Positions 27,504 through 37,530 of a DNA stretch of 64,000 nt are shown here, in pieces. A program made the translations under genes and the position numbers. Under the pieces are notes generated by a model, which was not told the origin of the DNA, did not search any database, and worked only from the letters and a program-made list of their open reading frames with translations. The DNA is from Parcubacteria group bacterium (lineage in GTDB: Bacteria > Patescibacteriota > Minisyncoccia > Moranbacterales > GCA-2747515). Location: the NCBI GenBank assembly GCA_041660065.1, contig JBAZXC010000001.1, positions 72,535 through 136,534 on the forward strand, read 5' to 3'. The stretch's first letter is position 1. Each line of letters starts with the position of its first letter.

Positions 27504-29054
27504 ATGAAAAGTCTTTTGGAGAATACGAAGATACTTGCTGTGGTCACTGCACTTTTTGGTGTGTGTATGATCATGATTGGTCGTGCGGATTTTTTTGCCT
27601 CGATGCCACTTTTTGTTGTGGGTGGCGTTTTTTGCGTTGCAGTCGGCATTGCTATTTTTCGTCCGGCATTTGGCTTTGCGTTGTTTATTTCTGCATTGCC
27701 TTTTGAGATCATAAGCGTCTTGCCCGAGAATGTCGGATTGTCTGTCCGTCCGTATCAACTATTGGGTGTGGCATTGTGCTGTGCGATCCTGTGGATCTAT
27801 GTGCGCAGAGATGTGACTATTACGGATGTGCGAGCATCCATTATGGATTTTTTGGTCGGTATTTTTCTTTTAGTGAGTTTTATGACTGTGCGATGGGCTG
27901 TCGATCCGTCGCTGGCATTGCAACAGACGATCATTCTTGCGTCTTTTGTTGTGTTGTATTTTGTGTCGCGATTTTTCGTCACGGATGTGCATCGAGTGAT
28001 TGCGGTCTTGCCGATCATTGTTGTAAGCGGAGGTGTAATGAGTGTCTATGCGATCGTACAAAATATTCTTTTTTTGCAAGGAGGCGATCATCAAGAATTT
28101 ATGCCGGGACGTCCAAATGCGTTTTTTGCGGAGCCGGATTGGCTGGGAGTATATTTCGTCTTTGTCTTTGCGGCATGCATTGCATACCTTTATTACAACG
28201 CGCATCACAAACATGTGTGGCGGTTTTTCGATGTGTCTTTGTGGAGCGTAACGACTACAGTTGCGGTTGCGATGATCCTGACGGTTGCGCGGAGTGCATG
28301 GGTGGGCGTTGCGTCTGTGAGTGCTGTATATTTGCTCGTTGTTTTTCTCTCGCGGAAGTATAAAATGTTTGCACGGCATGCTCTGTGGCTTGGGAGTGTC
28401 GCGGTTGTCAGCATGGGGGTCGTGCTGTATGCACCTGTGACGAATTTTGAATTGGACAATCGTATCCAAAGCACAACTACGGGATTGCAAGAAATTACCG
28501 TGTCATGCACACAAGAGAGTGCGGGTGCACAACTCAGTGCACAAAAAGAAATTGATGATGTTGCGGAACTTTCTGCATATGGCTGTCGTCATATTGATCT
28601 CGAAGAAATTGAGAAGGAAAAAATGACGGGGCATACGGTTGTAAAGGTTTTGCGCAATGATCCCAATGTCGCTGTGCGTGCAAAGACTTATGATCATGTG
28701 ATCCAGCTTGTCCGTGCGCGTCCGTTTACCGGTTATGGGTGGGGGAGCAGCGGTGATTTGCTTGGCAATGATGAACAGGGCACACCACTCAATGCGAGTA
28801 ATATCTTTTTGGAGACGGCGTTGTCGATCGGTGTGATCGGTCTGGGAGTGTTGGTATTGTTTTTTGGTGCAATTGGTGTCCGTGCGCTTCATGTGATGTA
28901 TTGCGCGCATGATGAAGTGACGCGGAGCGTGGCTGTGTTTAGCGTGATCGGACTTGTGGCGATCATCGTACCAAATCTTTTTAATGCGGGATTGTTTTTG
29001 GGTTTTGTGTGGGTGTATTTTGCACTGGTTGCACCTTTGTTCAAAAAGATATAA
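27504..29054 (+). CDS. O-antigen ligase/Wzy-like polymerase
   Basis: 'RPNAFFAEPDWLG', 'ARSAW', 'PFTGYGWG', 'NIFLETALSIGVIG'. Confidence 0.8.
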   Translation: MKSLLENTKILAVVTALFGVCMIMIGRADFFASMPLFVVGGVFCVAVGIAIFRPAFGFALFISALPFEIISVLPENVGLSVRPYQLLGVALCCAILWIYVRRDVTITDVRASIMDFLVGIFLLVSFMTVRWAVDPSLALQQTIILASFVVLYFVSRFFVTDVHRVIAVLPIIVVSGGVMSVYAIVQNILFLQGGDHQEFMPGRPNAFFAEPDWLGVYFVFVFAACIAYLYYNAHHKHVWRFFDVSLWSVTTTVAVAMILTVARSAWVGVASVSAVYLLVVFLSRKYKMFARHALWLGSVAVVSMGVVLYAPVTNFELDNRIQSTTTGLQEITVSCTQESAGAQLSAQKEIDDVAELSAYGCRHIDLEEIEKEKMTGHTVVKVLRNDPNVAVRAKTYDHVIQLVRARPFTGYGWGSSGDLLGNDEQGTPLNASNIFLETALSIGVIGLGVLVLFFGAIGVRALHVMYCAHDEVTRSVAVFSVIGLVAIIVPNLFNAGLFLGFVWVYFALVAPLFKKI

Positions 29055-29110
29055 TATCTATTTGAATGAGTTGCATGATCGATCAATATCAGAATAAAGG
29101 AGAAAAAAGC

Positions 29111-29329
29111 ATGGCAGAGAAGATCAATATGTTACACGGCAAAAAAGTCATCGTGGCTTCCTGTGACGACAATGGCGATCGTCAATGTACGATTCGATCG
29201 GGATGTGAAAAACCACATCCATTTGAAGCTGTTGATGATAAAAGTGGCACTGTAGTACACGCATTTCCGGCGTATGTCGCCAAAGAGTTGCGCGAGAAAG
29301 GATGCACATCAAATATGATGCTTGTATAA
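29111..29329 (+). CDS. Small orphan protein (72 aa, Cys/His-containing)
   Basis: AAAGGAG SD; hairpin CAGGATCGT/ACGATCCTG plus U tract downstream. Confidence 0.55.
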   Translation: MAEKINMLHGKKVIVASCDDNGDRQCTIRSGCEKPHPFEAVDDKSGTVVHAFPAYVAKELREKGCTSNMMLV

Positions 29330-29446
29330 CACAGCGCATCATCAATCCAAACAGGATCGTTGCGACGATCCTGCTTTTCTTTTTTTTGTAAAAGCTGGTA
29401 TGATGGATGATATAAATATTTGTATGTATGAAATTTGTATTTTCGT

Positions 29447-30580
29447 ATGAAAATCGCGATCGACATTCGTAATATTGGCAAAGGGCGCACCGGTGATGAA
29501 GTGGTGTTTTTTGAACTTGTGCGGCATCTCGCGCAGATCGATGCACAAAACGAGTATCATCTTTTGATCGATATGCGTGCAGATGATGCATTGCGTCGCA
29601 TTGAAACGCAATTGGACATCACGGGCAAAGAGAATTTCCAATTGGTTCCATGTGGAACGGGTAACAAATTTGTCTGGAACGCGATTACAGCGTCGCGATA
29701 TTGTCGCCGGAAGAAAATCGATATCTATCACACACAATATATCATTCCATTTTTTATGCCGTCATGGACAAAGATTGTGACGCATATCCATGATGTGTCA
29801 TTTTGTGCCCATAAAGAATTGATCAAAAAGAGTGATGCTTTTTTCTTGAATATCCTAATCCCCCGCGCGATCAAAAAATCGCATGCGGTGGTCGCTGTGT
29901 CGCAATTTACTAAAGACGAGATCGTGCGATATTATCATTGTCCGCAGGAGAAGGTGTGTGTCATACCCAATGCGGTGAGTATGTACTGTGATCCGCTTTT
30001 GCGCGCAGAGGATGTGCGTGCAAAATATCATGTGCCGGAGATGTTTATCATGGCGCTTGGGACAATGCAACCGCGCAAAAATATTTCTTTTCTTATTGAA
30101 GTGTTTGTCTCTCTTGCACAGGAGCGTGGCGATGTGTCTTTGGTTTTGGTGGGTAAAAAAGATCACAATTTTGATCTGATGATCCAACGTGTGCTTGGGA
30201 GTTATCCACAGGTCGCAGATCGTGTGATTTTTACCGGATATGTGTCGGATGCGGAAAAATGTTGTTTGTACAAAATGGCACGTGTTTTCGCTTTCCCGTC
30301 AATTTACGAGGGTTTTGGCATCCCAATCCTTGAGGCTTTTTCTGTCGGGACGCCGGTTGTTGCCAGTGATATTTTGCCACATAGAGAGGTGGCGGGAGAG
30401 GGCGCTTTGTACTGTGATCCACAGAGTATTGACCAATGGAAAAAAATGTTGTATGATGTTTTGGATAATGATAAAATGCGGAAAGATTTACAAAAAGGAT
30501 CACAAGAACAGATAATAAAATTTTCATGGAAAGAATCAGCTCAAAAACTCGTATCACTCTATAAGTCCCTTTGTGGATGA
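29447..30580 (+). CDS. GT4 glycosyltransferase
   Basis: 'PRKN', 'FPSIYEGFGIPILEAF'. Confidence 0.9.
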   Translation: MKIAIDIRNIGKGRTGDEVVFFELVRHLAQIDAQNEYHLLIDMRADDALRRIETQLDITGKENFQLVPCGTGNKFVWNAITASRYCRRKKIDIYHTQYIIPFFMPSWTKIVTHIHDVSFCAHKELIKKSDAFFLNILIPRAIKKSHAVVAVSQFTKDEIVRYYHCPQEKVCVIPNAVSMYCDPLLRAEDVRAKYHVPEMFIMALGTMQPRKNISFLIEVFVSLAQERGDVSLVLVGKKDHNFDLMIQRVLGSYPQVADRVIFTGYVSDAEKCCLYKMARVFAFPSIYEGFGIPILEAFSVGTPVVASDILPHREVAGEGALYCDPQSIDQWKKMLYDVLDNDKMRKDLQKGSQEQIIKFSWKESAQKLVSLYKSLCG

Positions 30581-30645
30581 TAATTATGATAAAGAATGGT
30601 TGGAGCACAAGGGGGATTTTTGTTTTATATAACTAATTTTAAGAT

Positions 30646-31824
30646 ATGATGAGAAACAACATGACGTCGCGACAATCTGTCGATAATAATCCTGTGGCAA
30701 AAAAGAGAAGCAAGAAAAAGGTTGTAATTGCTATAGCTGTTGCTGTGCTTTTATTAGGTGGGTGCGCATTCGCTGCAAACACAGTACTTAACAAGGTTGC
30801 GCCAAATAGCAATATTTTGAGGAGTTTGGTCAAAAATTTACCTTTGGTGGAAGATAGATTGGATGGCGAGTCTGATGGACGCATCAACATCGTTCTTTTA
30901 GGCATGCGTGGCAAAGGTGTCACGGGCGGGGGCACGCTTGCTGATACGATCATGGTGTTGAGTATTCGTATCGCAGAAAATGCAGAAGGAAATAAAGAAT
31001 ACAAAGCATCAATGATCTCAGTGCCACGTGATCTTTATGTGACGATTCCCGGCACAACAACCAACACGAAGATCAATGGTGTGTATGCATATGGAGAAGA
31101 GAAAGGAAAGGGTCGGGGCATGGAGGCGATGAAGCAGATATTGCAGGATATTTCCGGTCAGCCGATGCAATATGCAGTGGAAATCAATTTTGAAGGGTTC
31201 AAGCAGGTTGTTGATGCGCTTGGTGGCGTGGAAGTGAATCTCGCACAAGACTTTATCGAGCCGGTGCAATTTCATGAGGCTAAAGTGTGTGATCCAAATG
31301 TGTTTACGGTGAAAAGCGGACAATATGAGACAAAGATCGATAAGGATCATGGAGGTAAGATTGTAGCGCAATATCCGCTTTGTTACAATGCACATGAAGA
31401 ATGTGGTGGAGTGTTCAAGGTGCCGGCCGGCGTGTCTATTCTCGATGGAGAAAGAGCGTTATGTTATGTACGCGCACGCTATACATCCAGTGATTTTGAT
31501 CGCGCGCGTCGTCAGCAGGAAGTGATCGGTCAGATCAAACAGAAAGCTCTTTCTATGGGTGTATTGACTGATTTTGGCAAAGTACAAGGAATCTATAGTG
31601 CCTTGAGTGATAATGTCAATACGGATATGGAACTCTGGGAGATGCAACGATTTTTTGATCTGTATAAAAAGATGGGTGACGATGTGGTGATCACACACAA
31701 GGTCTTGGATAACTCGGAAGAAGGATTGTTATATTCTCATGAAGGCGATGAGCGTGGATACATTTTGATTCCGCGCGGTGATACATATGATCGCATCCGA
31801 GAATTATTTGCAAACATTATCTAG
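30646..31824 (+). CDS. LytR-CpsA-Psr (LCP) family protein
   Basis: 'NIVLLG', 'ADTIMV', 'SVPRD', 'KING', 'VDALGGV', 'SDFDRARRQQ'. Confidence 0.9.
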   Translation: MMRNNMTSRQSVDNNPVAKKRSKKKVVIAIAVAVLLLGGCAFAANTVLNKVAPNSNILRSLVKNLPLVEDRLDGESDGRINIVLLGMRGKGVTGGGTLADTIMVLSIRIAENAEGNKEYKASMISVPRDLYVTIPGTTTNTKINGVYAYGEEKGKGRGMEAMKQILQDISGQPMQYAVEINFEGFKQVVDALGGVEVNLAQDFIEPVQFHEAKVCDPNVFTVKSGQYETKIDKDHGGKIVAQYPLCYNAHEECGGVFKVPAGVSILDGERALCYVRARYTSSDFDRARRQQEVIGQIKQKALSMGVLTDFGKVQGIYSALSDNVNTDMELWEMQRFFDLYKKMGDDVVITHKVLDNSEEGLLYSHEGDERGYILIPRGDTYDRIRELFANII

Positions 31825-31894
31825 GGAGTAGGTGGTGGGGAGTAGGTTGTAGAAAACAAGCATTCCACATCCTGCATTCTCTAGTCTAAATTTC

Positions 31895-32716
31895 ATGCCA
31901 AAAGTTTCTATTGCTGTACAAAGTTACAAAAATCCCGAGATGCTCTCGTTGTGTTTGCGTTCTGTTCGTGAACATTGCGCGCAGATCGATTACGAGCTTA
32001 TTGTTGCGGATTGTGCAACGGAAGAGGTGACGATCGCGATGATGCGTGAGGATTTCCCCGAGGCAACATTCATTCCGCATGAGGAGAATGTCGGTTTTGG
32101 TGCAATGGTCAATGCGTGTATTGATCATGCACAAGGAGAATATATTTTCTTTATCAACCCGGACACGATCTTGGAGACGGAAACTGTTCCGCGGCTGATC
32201 ACATTTATGGATGCGCATGCACAAGTTGCATTGTGTGGTCCGCGACAAAAGAATTTCAATGGAAAAATAGAAAATACACGGTTTCGGTTTTATCAACCGA
32301 TGACGATCGTTTATCGGCGTACGTTTCTCAAAAAGTTTGCATTTGCCAAAAAACATCTTGCACACTTTGAGATGAAAGATGTTGAGCGAAATGAACCATA
32401 TCCTGTGGAATGGGTGATTGGCAGTGCGATGTTCGTGCGTCGCAGTGCGATGGAAGAGGTTGGCAAGATGGACTCGCGGTTTTTTATGTATATGGAGGAT
32501 GTGGATTGGTGTCGACGATTTTGGGAGAAGGGGTATGTCGTGTGCTATAATCCACAAGTGACGATGTATCATTTCTATGGTAAGGGTAGTGCAAAAGGCG
32601 GATTTTTTAGAGGATTGCTTTTTAATCGCTTGACGTGGATTCATATCGCAAGTGGGATCAAATATTTTCGTAAATATCGCAATCGTCCGTTACCGGATAT
32701 TGCACAAAAAATTTAA
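31895..32716 (+). CDS. GT2 glycosyltransferase (WbbL-like)
   Basis: 'NVGFG', 'INPD', 'FFMYMEDVDWC'. Confidence 0.9.
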   Translation: MPKVSIAVQSYKNPEMLSLCLRSVREHCAQIDYELIVADCATEEVTIAMMREDFPEATFIPHEENVGFGAMVNACIDHAQGEYIFFINPDTILETETVPRLITFMDAHAQVALCGPRQKNFNGKIENTRFRFYQPMTIVYRRTFLKKFAFAKKHLAHFEMKDVERNEPYPVEWVIGSAMFVRRSAMEEVGKMDSRFFMYMEDVDWCRRFWEKGYVVCYNPQVTMYHFYGKGSAKGGFFRGLLFNRLTWIHIASGIKYFRKYRNRPLPDIAQKI

Positions 32717-32727
32717 CAAAAAAATTC

Positions 32728-34017
32728 ATGAATGAAGAAATAATCATTGGGGCTGAAAAGGATGTAAAAAAACAAAACAAAATCATTATGCGTGTCATGA
32801 CAATTTTTGTTGCGTTGTTTTTTTCTGCGATCTTTTTTATTTTTGGATATGGAGTTGGGCGTGATCATCGCGTGAAGGATGTGCCATTTGATTTTGCCAC
32901 GATAGAAAATAAAACAGGCGAGGAAAGTGTTGATTTCTCGTTGTTTTGGGATGTGTGGGATCTTGTAAGGGAAAAATACGTCGATCATGACAATCTTAAA
33001 GCGCAAGATATGATCTATGGTGCGATCAACGGTATGCTTGCGGCAACAGGTGATCCGTACACAGTATTCCTCAATCCGGAAGATAATGCGGCACTTAATG
33101 AAGAATTAAGTGGTAGCTTTGAGGGCATTGGTGCGGAAGTGGGCATAAAGGATAGTATTGTGACGATTGTGGCACCGCTGGAAGATTCACCGGCACAAAA
33201 AGCGGGACTTCGCGCGGGAGATAAGATTGTGGAAATTGAGGGACAGACGACAGCGGAGATGACGATCGATGATGCGGTAAAACTGATGCGTGGACCAAAA
33301 GGTACAGAATTACATCTTAAAATTTTCCGCGTGGGTGATGGAAATAACACGGATACACAGGACATTGTTGTTGTGCGCGATACAATTCATCTCGACAGCG
33401 TGCGTGTGGATTTCTTGGAAAATGACAGTATTGCACATATCAAGATCTTGCAATTTGGGGATGATACGATCCGTGAGTTCAATCAGGTCGTTTCCGATGT
33501 GATGAATAAGCATGTGAGCGGCATCATTGTGGACGTGCGTAATGATCCCGGAGGAATTCTTCATACAGCTACGGTGGTTGCGAGCAAGTTTTTGCCAAGT
33601 AACGCCGTTGTGGTGATCGAGGAGGATGCACAGGACAAGCGTACCAATCTCTACACAACAGGGGCGCATCCTTTTTTGGATGTGCCGGTAGTCGTGCTTA
33701 TCAATGAGGGGAGCGCAAGCGCATCGGAAATTTTAGCTGGAGCATTGCGTGATAATCGCAGTGATGTCGTTTTGGTTGGAAAGAAATCGTTTGGCAAAGG
33801 ATCTGTTCAAGAGTTGATCCCGACAAGTGATACGACAGCGGCAAAGATCACTGTGGCAAAGTGGCTTACACCAAAGGGTGACCAAATAAATCAAAAGGGC
33901 ATTACGCCTGATGAAGTAGTTGAATATACAGAAGAGGATTATAAGAATGATCGGGATCCGCAACTCGATAAGGCGATCGAGATCATGAAAATAAAAATTC
34001 AGCAAACAAAAAGGTAG
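32728..34017 (+). CDS. ctpA: S41 C-terminal processing protease
   Basis: 'DPYT', PDZ 'GIGA', 'DVRNDPGG', 'SASASE', 'FGKGSVQ'. Confidence 0.9.
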   Translation: MNEEIIIGAEKDVKKQNKIIMRVMTIFVALFFSAIFFIFGYGVGRDHRVKDVPFDFATIENKTGEESVDFSLFWDVWDLVREKYVDHDNLKAQDMIYGAINGMLAATGDPYTVFLNPEDNAALNEELSGSFEGIGAEVGIKDSIVTIVAPLEDSPAQKAGLRAGDKIVEIEGQTTAEMTIDDAVKLMRGPKGTELHLKIFRVGDGNNTDTQDIVVVRDTIHLDSVRVDFLENDSIAHIKILQFGDDTIREFNQVVSDVMNKHVSGIIVDVRNDPGGILHTATVVASKFLPSNAVVVIEEDAQDKRTNLYTTGAHPFLDVPVVVLINEGSASASEILAGALRDNRSDVVLVGKKSFGKGSVQELIPTSDTTAAKITVAKWLTPKGDQINQKGITPDEVVEYTEEDYKNDRDPQLDKAIEIMKIKIQQTKR

Positions 34018-34069
34018 GTGTGTACAAAGGTGATTTTTTCTGCAGATATTCGAAATAATGTTTTGGTGA

Positions 34070-34109
34070 TTAGCACTGTACTTGACCGAGTGCTAATTAT
34101 TGATATAAT
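34070..34109 (+). promoter_or_regulatory. CIRCE (HrcA operator) overlapping a sigma70 promoter
   Basis: TTAGCACTG-N9-GAGTGCTAA (34070-34096); TTGACC-16-TATAAT. Confidence 0.9.
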
Positions 34110-34154
34110 GAGAGAGGATCATACGTAAAATGTTATCAGTAAATTGTAAATACT

Positions 34155-34427
34155 ATGAGTACGAAAATTACACCACTTGGTGAGAATGTTTTGATCAAAA
34201 TGGCCACGCCAGAAACAAAAACAGCATCGGGAATTTTTATTCCGGAATCGGTAAAAAATGAACGATCGCAAAAAGGTACTGTAATTGCAGTGGGAGAAAG
34301 CAAAAAGATCACAGTAAAAAAAGGACAGGTTGTCATGTTCAAAAAATATGGTGGCGAAGAAATAACTGTTGATGGGGTGGATCATGTAATCGTGAAGGCA
34401 GAAGAAATCATCGCAGTTGTAGCATAA
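34155..34427 (+). CDS. groES: Co-chaperonin GroES
   Basis: 'PLGENVL', 'KTASGIFIP', 'GTVIAVG', 'KYGGEE'. Confidence 0.95.
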   Translation: MSTKITPLGENVLIKMATPETKTASGIFIPESVKNERSQKGTVIAVGESKKITVKKGQVVMFKKYGGEEITVDGVDHVIVKAEEIIAVVA

Positions 34428-34441
34428 ACAACATATGACAG

Positions 34442-34469
34442 AAAACCCGAATACATGTATTCGGGTTTT
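34442..34469 (+). terminator. Terminator after groES
   Basis: AAAACCCGAATACA/TGTATTCGGGTTTT perfect palindrome. Confidence 0.7.
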
Positions 34470-34707
34470 GATGTGTAAATTCAATATTAAACAGTTGCAT
34501 TGTAAAAAATCTGTGATTGTTTAAGCAGTTTTTGTTATATGGATGTAAAAAACAGTGGGTGTACAATATTTGCATAGAGGGCTAAAACGTGGTATGATAA
34601 TCACGTTTTATGAATTAATCTATATTATATCTACAAAAACCGCGTAGTCTTGGACATGTAGGATAGGAGCGGTGTATGCGGATGATTTTTAAGAGACACA
34701 AAAAAAT

Positions 34708-35310
34708 ATGATTGAACAAAAGGAGCAGGAAAGCATGAAAGATTTTATCATCGAAGTGGTCAAGATGTTTTTTTTGGCACTTGTGATCATTGTGCCGGTG
34801 CGCATGTTTCTCGTACAGCCGTTTATCGTGCGTGGAGCAAGTATGGAGCCGAATTTCCATGAAAAGGAATATTTGATCATCAATGAATTTGGTTATAAAA
34901 ATACACCAATCAATATTTTGGGAAAAGAGATCGTGACGGTAAAGCCACATAAAGACTTTGATCGTTTGGATGTGATCGTCTTTCGCGCACCACACGATGA
35001 GAAACAATTTTATATCAAGCGCGTTGTAGGGTTGCCGGGTGAGACGGTTTTGGTTGATAATGGTGATGTAACAATTATTAATGTGGAACATCCGGAGGGA
35101 TTTACTCTTTCTGAGGGAGCATATCTTCCGGAAGGACGAAAAACAAATGGTTCGCAGAAAGTCGTTTTGAAAGAAAATGAATATTATGTATTGGGAGATA
35201 ATCGCCCGGCAAGTAGTGATTCGCGTGTTTTTGGTCCGCTTAATAAGGATGCAATAATCGGCAGAGTATTACTTCGCGCATGGCCGGTCAGCCAAATTAC
35301 GATGTTTTAA
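34708..35310 (+). CDS. lepB: Signal peptidase I
   Basis: 'GASMEP', 'IKRVVGLPGE', 'GDNRPASSDSR'. Confidence 0.95.
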   Translation: MIEQKEQESMKDFIIEVVKMFFLALVIIVPVRMFLVQPFIVRGASMEPNFHEKEYLIINEFGYKNTPINILGKEIVTVKPHKDFDRLDVIVFRAPHDEKQFYIKRVVGLPGETVLVDNGDVTIINVEHPEGFTLSEGAYLPEGRKTNGSQKVVLKENEYYVLGDNRPASSDSRVFGPLNKDAIIGRVLLRAWPVSQITMF

Positions 35311-35373
35311 ATGCGGTGACACAAAAAATACAAAGTATCACATAGTTTCTAAAATCATTTATTTATAATAATT

Positions 35374-36732
35374 ATGACTCGACAAGTATCGGCAAAAAAG
35401 ACGGTAAAAAAACGCGAAACAACAAAGGCGGAAGAGCAATTGGTGTTGCAAACAGTGCGCGGCATGCGTGATATTTTGCCCGGAGACCAGCCATATTGGC
35501 AGCAAATCAGGAAAGTGTTGGAAAAGCGATCGATCGAGTACGGGTTTTCTCGTATTGATACGCCGTTGGTGGAGTTTGAAAACATTTTTACACGTCCGAT
35601 CGGTGAGGGTACGGATATTGTCGATAAGGAGATGTACACATTTCGTACGAAGGGTGGAGATCAGGTGTCGTTGCGTCCGGAATTGACGGCGTCGATCTGT
35701 CGCGCATACATTCAGCACGGCATGTCTATTTTGCCAAAACCAATCAAGTTGTTTTCTCTGGGACCGGTATATCGATATGATCGACCGCAAGAGGGGCGAT
35801 ATCGTGAATTTTATCAAACAGAGTTTGATATTTTTGGAGAGATTGATCCGATCTTGGATGCACAGGTGATGCAAATCGCACACCGTGTTCTCAAGAGTCT
35901 TGGCATCAACAATGTGCAATTTAGTGTGAATTCTATCGGAACAGTAGAGTCACGCAAAGAATATTTGCGTTTGCTCAAGGCGTATTTTCGATCAAAAAAA
36001 GCCAAGCTTCCGACGCGATTTCGTGATATGATCGAAACAAATCCATTGCGCATTTTTGATGCAAAAGATGATAAATGTATGCAGGTATGTGCTGGTGCAC
36101 CACAGGCGATTGATCATTTGGACAAAGAATCACGTGATCATTTCAAGCATTTATTGGAATATTTGGATGAACTGGATCTGCCATACACTATTGATCCGCA
36201 ATTGGTGCGGGGGTTGGATTATTATACGCGAACAGTTTTCGAAATTTATGCAAATGACGGTGAAGGTAAGCGCCATGCTCTTGGGGGTGGCGGACGATTT
36301 GATGGTTTGATCGATTTGTTTGGTGGAGAATCGACGCCGGCAATTGGTTTTGCTTTTGGTATTGATCGATTAATCATGGAGATGAAACGTGTAAAAGCAA
36401 AAAAGTATCAAACGCCTCAGCCGCATGTCTTTATGGCGCAATTGGGTGATTTGGCAAAGAAAAAAAGCCTTAAATTGTTTGCAGAGATCGAACAGGCAGG
36501 CATTCTGGTTGCGGAAAGTTTTGGACGCGGCAGTCTCAAGACGCAATTGCGTCATGCGGGGAAATTGGGTGTGGATCTTACATTGATCATCGGGCAGCAG
36601 GAGGCATTGGACGAGACTGTCATTGTCAAAAATATGATGACAGGGACACAAGAGACGGTTTCTCAAAAGAAGATCGTTAATTTTGTCAAAAAGAATTTGA
36701 AAGAATCTGCAAAACTTGTAAAATCAAGGTAA
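35374..36732 (+). CDS. hisS: Histidine--tRNA ligase
   Basis: 'RGMRD', 'LRPELTA', 'RPQEGRYREF', 'LVRGLDYY', 'GGGRFD'. Confidence 0.97.
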   Translation: MTRQVSAKKTVKKRETTKAEEQLVLQTVRGMRDILPGDQPYWQQIRKVLEKRSIEYGFSRIDTPLVEFENIFTRPIGEGTDIVDKEMYTFRTKGGDQVSLRPELTASICRAYIQHGMSILPKPIKLFSLGPVYRYDRPQEGRYREFYQTEFDIFGEIDPILDAQVMQIAHRVLKSLGINNVQFSVNSIGTVESRKEYLRLLKAYFRSKKAKLPTRFRDMIETNPLRIFDAKDDKCMQVCAGAPQAIDHLDKESRDHFKHLLEYLDELDLPYTIDPQLVRGLDYYTRTVFEIYANDGEGKRHALGGGGRFDGLIDLFGGESTPAIGFAFGIDRLIMEMKRVKAKKYQTPQPHVFMAQLGDLAKKKSLKLFAEIEQAGILVAESFGRGSLKTQLRHAGKLGVDLTLIIGQQEALDETVIVKNMMTGTQETVSQKKIVNFVKKNLKESAKLVKSR

Positions 36733-36742
36733 TCATGGTACC

Positions 36743-37096
36743 ATGGAAGACTGTATTTTTTGTAAAATTGCACATAAGGATATTCCCACAAAATTTTTGT
36801 ATGAGTCGGAGCGTGTTGTGGCATTTCGGGATACTCATCCGATTGCGCCGGTGCATGTTTTGGTCATACCAAAAAGGCATATTCCTTCAATGAATGATGT
36901 GACCAAGGATAATGCGGAATTATTGGGGGAATTATTGCTTGTCGTACAAAGTGTTGCAAAAGATCTGGATATTGCACAAAGTGGATATAAAACACTTATC
37001 CGCACAGGGAAGCACGGTGGACAAGAAGTGCCCCATATCCATGTGCATCTCATTGGCGGTGCGCGACTATCGGAAAATATTCGTCCGATTGCGTAA
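36743..37096 (+). CDS. HIT family (HinT) protein
   Basis: 'CIFCKI', 'GQEVPHIHVHLIGG'. Confidence 0.9.
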   Translation: MEDCIFCKIAHKDIPTKFLYESERVVAFRDTHPIAPVHVLVIPKRHIPSMNDVTKDNAELLGELLLVVQSVAKDLDIAQSGYKTLIRTGKHGGQEVPHIHVHLIGGARLSENIRPIA

Positions 37097-37183
37097 AAGT
37101 GATGACGTAGAGCAAATTCAACACAGCGTTTGTTCTATCGTCCACATTTTTGTGGAGGCATTAGTAGAAAGGAGAGTGACCTT

Positions 37184-37441
37184 ATGGTTTACGTATACAA
37201 GAAAAATGATCGTGAAACAACTGAAAATTTGATTAAACGCTTTACGCGACGTGTGCAGCAAAGCGGTGTTTTGATGCATGTGCGAAGGAACCGTTTTGCT
37301 TCTGATGAAAAAAGCAAGATCGAACGCCGACAAGAAGCATTGTATAAGAATAAGATGCGTAAAGAAGTTGGAAAACTTAAAAAACTTGGACGTTTTGACG
37401 AAGATTCTTTTAAAGAATTGAAGAAAAAAATTAAAGGTTAA
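37184..37441 (+). CDS. rpsU: 30S ribosomal protein bS21
   Basis: 'ETTENLIKRFTRRVQQSGVL'; basic; directly upstream of yqeY (conserved order); extended SD. Confidence 0.8.
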   Translation: MVYVYKKNDRETTENLIKRFTRRVQQSGVLMHVRRNRFASDEKSKIERRQEALYKNKMRKEVGKLKKLGRFDEDSFKELKKKIKG

Positions 37442-37530
37442 AAAAGACGTCGTGGTGTTTCATGCACAAAATATTTTTGTGCATGTATACAGATTATGTC
37501 TTGAATATATATAAAATTTAAAAAAAGCAT

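Noticed and set aside
27776-28490. Long overlapping alternative-frame and antisense ORFs (also 38524-39439, 50890-51480, 63002-63556)
   Set aside because: They are shadows of well-supported genes and have no motifs.
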